Shown here one piece after another: positions 58,076 to 64,000 of a stretch of DNA of 64,000 nt (within the stretch, counting starts at the first letter, position 1; each line of letters begins with the position of its first letter). This stretch comes from Eledone cirrhosa. Its lineage: Eukaryota. The notes beneath the pieces are model-generated. The model saw nothing but the letters and a program-made list of their open reading frames with translations, made no database searches and was not told the DNA's origin. A program made the translations under genes and the position numbers. Where the stretch lies: positions 166,470,001-166,534,000 of the forward strand of contig OZ024741.1 in assembly GCA_964016885.1 (NCBI GenBank), in the 5' to 3' direction.

Positions 58076-58546
58076 TGACCAGAAGTCGACCCTAAAATAT
58101 TACTAATAGCTCTAGGAAAGCCGTGAATGACACCACATCTTTTTAACTTTGATTTTGAAAGTAGGTTTATAATTATCAATTTTTTTTATATTTTTTTAGC
58201 TGTCTCGGTGGCCTAGTTGGAGAAATCATGGACGGTGGTGATCCTGGTCTGAAGTTCGATCCTGGTTGGGAGTAGGGTTCCCAGTAAACCTTTTCAGTTT
58301 TTTTCTATGGATTGTAAAATAAAAACTGAAAACGTTTACATGTGTCTCTTGACCAGGAATGAACCCAATGCCAGGATATCCACTGTCTCTAGTACCTACC
58401 ACTAGGCCACAGAGACAACTACGAAATTCTTATGACAACTCATACTTATAAACCTATTTTCAAAATGTTCAAAACAAAGTGCTGTGGTGTCGTTCATGTC
58501 TTTCTTAATGTTATTGCTCCTACTTAAGGTCGACTTCTAAATCATT
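58076..58546. mobile_element. Foldback element with about 220-bp degenerate arms, each containing a tRNA-like A/B-box head
   Basis: agaagtcgacc / ggtcgacttct ends; tggcctagttgg...gttcgatcc (+) and tggcctagtggta...ggttcattcc (-). Confidence 0.75.
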
Positions 58547-58642
58547 TGGGTATTCCATAAACTACATCTTCGTTTCTAATTTATCTAGACTATATTTTAA
58601 CTTGCAATCCATGTTTCATTTCTGTTCCACCTCATTTCTCCC

Positions 58643-58750
<108 letters not shown>

Positions 58751-59628
58751 TTCTCTTTCTCTCTGTGATATTTGAATCTACTATGATTTGGGCTTACCTT
58801 ATTCCTATACACATGTTTTTTTTAGATTCAAACTTACAATGATTGGCATTATATAGATAGATATATATAATAAATGAAAAATGGTGTGCTGCGTTGTTGC
58901 GAATGTGATACATATGAATTAAAAAATAGAGCAAGAAACCAGGACTATCCGTCATCAGTGATCTTCTGACTATCATCAGTATTTCTTCGTATTAAAAACC
59001 AGATACCTCAAGTCAGCGCGAGCAAAAACTAAAATAAGTCACATTTCGCAGGGTTCAGACGCGTCCTTCTTCTCGTCAATGATTTGCTAGAACTTAAGTT
59101 CACATGTATCACTGACTTGTTTTCTCATTTTCCTCTCTTTACGTTGCCTTACCATTTTTGTTTGTTTACATGTCTCTCTTTCTCCACCCAATTCTTTTTA
59201 TCCCAATAACTTATTTTAGTTATTGATCGCGCTGACTATCCACTACACCAAACTCACCAAAAAGTAGTCTAGACATGTCCTCCACCCCCTCCAAACAAAC
59301 GACCACCCCGTCCAGGTTTGTAATATGACACTGTATATATATATATATTTTATTTATTTATTTATATGATAATTTGAAACTCAACACTAAAGAAAACTGC
59401 AGAGAGAGCAGTGGTAGAGAGGAACAGAGGGAGAAGATGGAAGAATCTTCTCCCTCTCTACCACTTCTCTGGACCAACACAATTCAAGCCACTTAGTCCT
59501 GTCCTTGAGGTAGGTTTTTACCCAACTTCGTCTTCGACAATATTTAACTGTTTCGCCAGTTTTCCTGCGTATAAATTTCTAATGTATTCGAGCTTCAACT
59601 CGATTTTTGAGACAACACTTTGTTTATA

Positions 59629-60679
59629 CAGGGTGGCCCAAAAGTCACACAGGGGCTTTAGTTTTTATTAACTTCCTGAATTGTACAGATTGATGTATGA
59701 AATTTTGATACAACTTAAAGGACATAACGGAAATTATTTTGCACACGTCAATTCTTGTCACACCTCTACATTACTTATGAAAAATTACATCTTTCAAATG
59801 GCAGCCATTTTCAGCTTCACACAACCGTGCTCTTTCCATAACGTTGGTGTACTGATCTTGGGTTCTCAAAGCCCAAAAAGCGGAAATTTTGTTTGTTGAT
59901 GAACCCATTCAAATGAAAGTGGGCTTCATCAGTCATCATTAAATTTTGGGTAAAATTTCGGTCATTTGTCTCCAATTCCTGGATTTGACAAAATATTGGA
60001 GCCTCTGTTGATAGTCTTGGGGCTTCAGTTGTTGAACCAGTTGCACCTTGCATGGAAAAAGGTCAAGGCTTCTGAGAACCCTTTGCAGCAAAGTTCGTGA
60101 AATCCCGAGCTGTCTTGACCGCCTTCCAGTCGATATGCCTGGATTTTCCTCGACACTCTCTCGAACTTGTTCCCTTGTCTCATCAGTTCTGACATTGCGA
60201 GGCCTCCCAGATCGTAGGCGATCACTTACTGCTTCTTGCTCTTCGAAACGATTAACCAATTTCCTAATCACACTGTCACTAGGAGCATCCCTCACTCGAT
60301 AGTGTTGCCGATATGCTCTCTGGGTCTGAACTATTGACCCTTGATTTTGGTAGAAGAATTTCACAACTTGGATGCGTTGCTCGGTGCTGTATTTTTCCAT
60401 AATTAATTTCCTAGGCGTAGTTCATATAATTCCTGAAAAGAAAGGAAAAATATTATAAAATAAAAAAAATTATAAACAGTTGCTTGACAGTTGTGTGACT
60501 TTTGTGTGACAGTTGCGTGACAGTTGTGTGACTTTTGTGTGACAGTTGCGTGACAGTTGTGTGACTTTTGTGTGACAGTTGCGTGACAGTTGTGTGACTT
60601 TTGTGTGACAGTTGCGTGACAGTTGTGTGACTTTTGTGTGACAGTTGCGTGACAGTTGTGTGACTTTTGTGCCACCCTG
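59629..60679 (-). mobile_element. Tc1/mariner-superfamily element (DUF4817-type N-terminus), internally deleted
   Basis: TA-CAGGGTGGCMCAAAAGTCACACA TIRs; ORF 60400-59939 MEKYSTEQR...RSGRPR, then frameshifted TDEAHFHLNGFINKQN. Confidence 0.92.
60477..60671. repeat. 6 x 33-bp tandem repeat overlapping the TIR
   Basis: (gacagttgtgtgacttttgtgtgacagttgcgt)n. Confidence 0.95.
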
Positions 60680-60753
<74 letters not shown>

Positions 60754-60989
60754 TGATAGGCTTCGGTCAGTATTAGCCCAGGCCATGTCTAACTTAACAG
60801 CACCACCAGGTGAAGTCTTTCGGTCACATAGGAAGTTTATCCGGAATTTCTTGAAGAAATTTTTCCAAAGACCTTTTGAATTTTATGGATTCTGTTTCTG
60901 TGTTTCTGTGTGTTTGGGAGTAATGTTAGAGAGCAGGACTAGTTGAGGTGTAATAATTGTGCCGTAATGTTGTTATGAGATACGAGTTG

Positions 60990-61682
60990 CATTTTTGTTG
61001 TGAGCGTAATACAACTAAGAGCCGAAGCCTTAGTTGTATTTTAAAGACGATGCCAACATCATTTGGGCAATGCTAATGAAATATTTTCCACATCCTGCAG
61101 ATAATGTAGTGCTCACAGCGGCGTTGGAGAGAGTAGGGTTTGAGCTTTTCTAGTCAACCACAATAGTCAAGGCCTCTCATGCCGTCTATCATTTTTATGA
61201 TTGACCTTTGAGGTGCTTCAGTTTTCATAATACTTTAGTTCGTATGGTAAGATCACAGTGGATAACAGTATTCGAGGTGGGGTCGGGCAAAAGTAGAGAA
61301 GAGAATATTAATGGAAGGAATATCTCTCAACTGGAAAGTCCTGAGAATCCAGGAACACATTCTGCGGGCCATGTCAACTTTGTTGTTTATATGAGTAACC
61401 CAGCTTAGGTTGTTAATAACAATTACTTCCAGGTCTCTGATATTGTTGGATGTCACGAGGGTTTCACCTGAGGGAAAATAATATGATCGTTTCAGTGCAT
61501 TCTCTTTTCCAAAGTGAATTAATTCCGATTTAGCCTTGATTAGCAGCATATTGTTTTTCCACCCATTGGATAACAGCAAGTAGATCTGATTGAAGACATG
61601 TCCAGGCACCCACTTCATTGATGACCTTCTGGAGCTTGGAATCATCTGCAAAGATTCTTATGTTGCTGCGCTTGATGACGAT
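60990..61682 (-). mobile_element. CR1/Jockey-group LINE RT C-terminal fragment
   Basis: IRIFADDSKL, RDLEVIVINNLSWVTHI, ARPHLEYC, YSLQRR. Confidence 0.85.
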
Positions 61683-62290
61683 AATCTATTGATATAAATA
61701 TATATATATATATGAATGAAAAATGGCGTGCTGTGTTGTTGCGAATATGAACATATTATTGAAAATAGACCGAGAAACAGGATTTCCATCATCAGTAGCC
61801 TGCTGATTATCATTGGTATTTCTTCGCATTAAAGACTAGATACCTAAAATCAGTGCGAGCGATAACTAAATTAAGTTATCGGGACAGAGGAAAGTAAACA
61901 AATAACATGGTAGTAATGCAACGAAAAGAGAGGAAAAGAGAGTCAAGTCAATGAATATTGTGGGCTTAAGTCCGACAAATCAAATGACGAGAAGAGACAG
62001 ACACGTCCGAGCCAGGCGAAAAGTGAGAGAGGAAAGAATTTCACGCAGGTCAGACGAGAGGAGGAGTAGCAGAGAGTGAGTGAGTGAAAGTGTGAGGAAG
62101 GGGCCAGCCGAGAGTGTGTGACCAGCAGCGGGGGTGGAAGAAAGCAAGAGGTAAAAGAGAGAGAAGGGGGAGAGAGAAAGAGGATAGCGGTATAAATATA
62201 TATGTGTGTGTGTGTGCGTCTGAGAGTGTATATGTATGCATGTATGTGTATGTGTGTATGCATATAGTTATTATCTGCTCGCGTACACAC

Positions 62291-62371
<81 letters not shown>

Positions 62372-62794
62372 GAGAGAGGGGGGGGAATATAGAGATTGAT
62401 AGATATATAGGTAGAAAGATATTAAATTTCTTTTTCATATATTCAGATTGGATTCTTCTAAACCAAAACCAAGTCCAATTCTTTTGGTGGAAGAGAAGGG
62501 GTTTTACTGTCAAAGTAATCCTGTTGTGACTTTTCTAAGATAAGATTATGCAGATTAAAGAATATAAAAAAATTTATCAAGTAATGTTTTAATTCTATTT
62601 CAGTTACTAGCTTCTGTTTTGTATATTTGAAATGTTTGTAAAAATTACATAACGTTATAACATTATAGACTTTCATTTAGAGGTTGTTATGTAAACTAAT
62701 ACATACCCGTTGTTTTACGGAAGAGGGATTAAGTAATATATGGTTCCTTCACCAAACTGAAAACAAACTTGTATTCGTGGATTATACTCACGCA

Positions 62795-62881
<87 letters not shown>

Positions 62882-62919
62882 CTGTGTGTGTGTGTGTGTG
62901 TGTGTATGTGTGTGTGTAT

Positions 62920-63345
62920 GTAAAAGGTAAACAGAAATAACAACACAATCGGTACAGTATATGGAAGGAATATATTAGGTTAACGCTTGAAATAGCAGGA
63001 AGAGGGTCTTAACGTTTCGGACGCTAGTCCCTCATCAAAAGAAAGACTGAGAAATAAGATAGATTGAAGGGGCGGGTGGGGTGGAATTGGAAAAAATGTC
63101 TTTATGTATATAAAAAGTAAACTGAAATGACAAAGCAAACGACACAGTACAATGAAGAAATATATTAGTTTAACGCTTGAAATAATAGAAAAAGAGTCTT
63201 AACGTTTCGGACACTAGTCCTTCATCGGAAAATAACATGAATAAAAGATGAAATAGAAATATAGAGTATGTGAAGAGGAAAGAACGGAAAAAATTGTGAA
63301 AAAGCACACGTGTGTATCCAGTCAGCCATCTTAGAATCTGTATAC
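62920..63345 (-). mobile_element. 190-bp-period partial tandem with two HHR-like motifs (63006-63048, 63196-63230)
   Basis: TTGATGA/CCGATGA R-ggac-tagY-gtcc GAAA cgTTA agac; tail shared with 29434-29488. Confidence 0.72.
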
Positions 63346-63364
63346 ATACATAGCACGCACGCGC

Positions 63365-63505
<141 letters not shown>

Positions 63506-63625
63506 TATTTGTGTGTGTGTGGGTGCGTGTGAGTGTGTGTGTGATCATCGGTTTTAAGCTAATAGCAGTGGTTAGAAGGGTCATCACAGACAGAGCCAGC
63601 ACTCTCTCTTTCTCTCTCTCTCTCT

Positions 63626-63681
<56 letters not shown>

Positions 63682-63682
<1 letters not shown>

Positions 63683-64000
63683 GGTGGCTGCCAACTTGTT
63701 TTCGAGTACGGTCACTACTTTATATCCATATAGGAGAACCCCTACCGATGCGCTGAATGAGTGTGACTTTTTAGTCCAGCCTGCGACTTGAAAACTGGTA
63801 TAAACACTACACTTGTGACAATTATTGACACATAGTGCTAGGCCCATGGTACCATGTGACGACCAGTGCAGAGAGATCTCCAGATATAAAGCAATGCCTC
63901 TGCCGTGAAGCTTTTATAGTGAGCAAAGGCACTGCACAAAGCCAGTCCCACTCTCTTAACCAAGATGATATTTACCAAAAAGAAGAACAAGTCAACATCA
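63682..64000 (+). mobile_element. Start of a second copy of the 40206-40524 element, running off the window
   Basis: Reverse-complement match. Confidence 0.8.

Noticed and set aside
58199-58270. Possible tRNA gene
   Set aside because: A/B boxes are present but there is no convincing cloverleaf; part of a foldback element.

Overview
Eukaryotic, very AT-rich, microsatellite-saturated DNA with no recognisable intact host gene. The SINE repertoire points to a coleoid cephalopod, probably an octopod; this is inferred from sequence recognition, not a database search. Almost the whole window is nested mobile DNA. It holds five coding remnants of Penelope-like retroelements (PLEs; RT + GIY-YIG, with DKT and CxCx5C motifs pointing to the Naiad clade), an R4/Dong-like RLE LINE, an RTE LINE, CR1/Jockey-group fragments, two internally deleted Tc1/mariner elements, two non-autonomous Helitrons, hAT and Tc1 MITEs, and about 17 tRNA-derived SINE copies or fragments. 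The most striking signal is invisible in the ORF track: about 20 type I hammerhead-ribozyme (HHR) motifs from about 10 unrelated sequence families, most with a palindromic stem III. They sit at PLE 3' ends and in small non-coding units (about 190-770 bp) that are arranged in tandem or as inverted arm + tail structures and almost always lie between (TA)n tracts. This looks like a dense, diversified PLE/retrozyme system targeted to microsatellites, including unusual core variants and one HHR with a branched stem II of about 95 nt. The ribozymes were folded by eye and their activity is untested. Most listed ORFs (IYIY, CVCV, THTH) are microsatellite translation artefacts.
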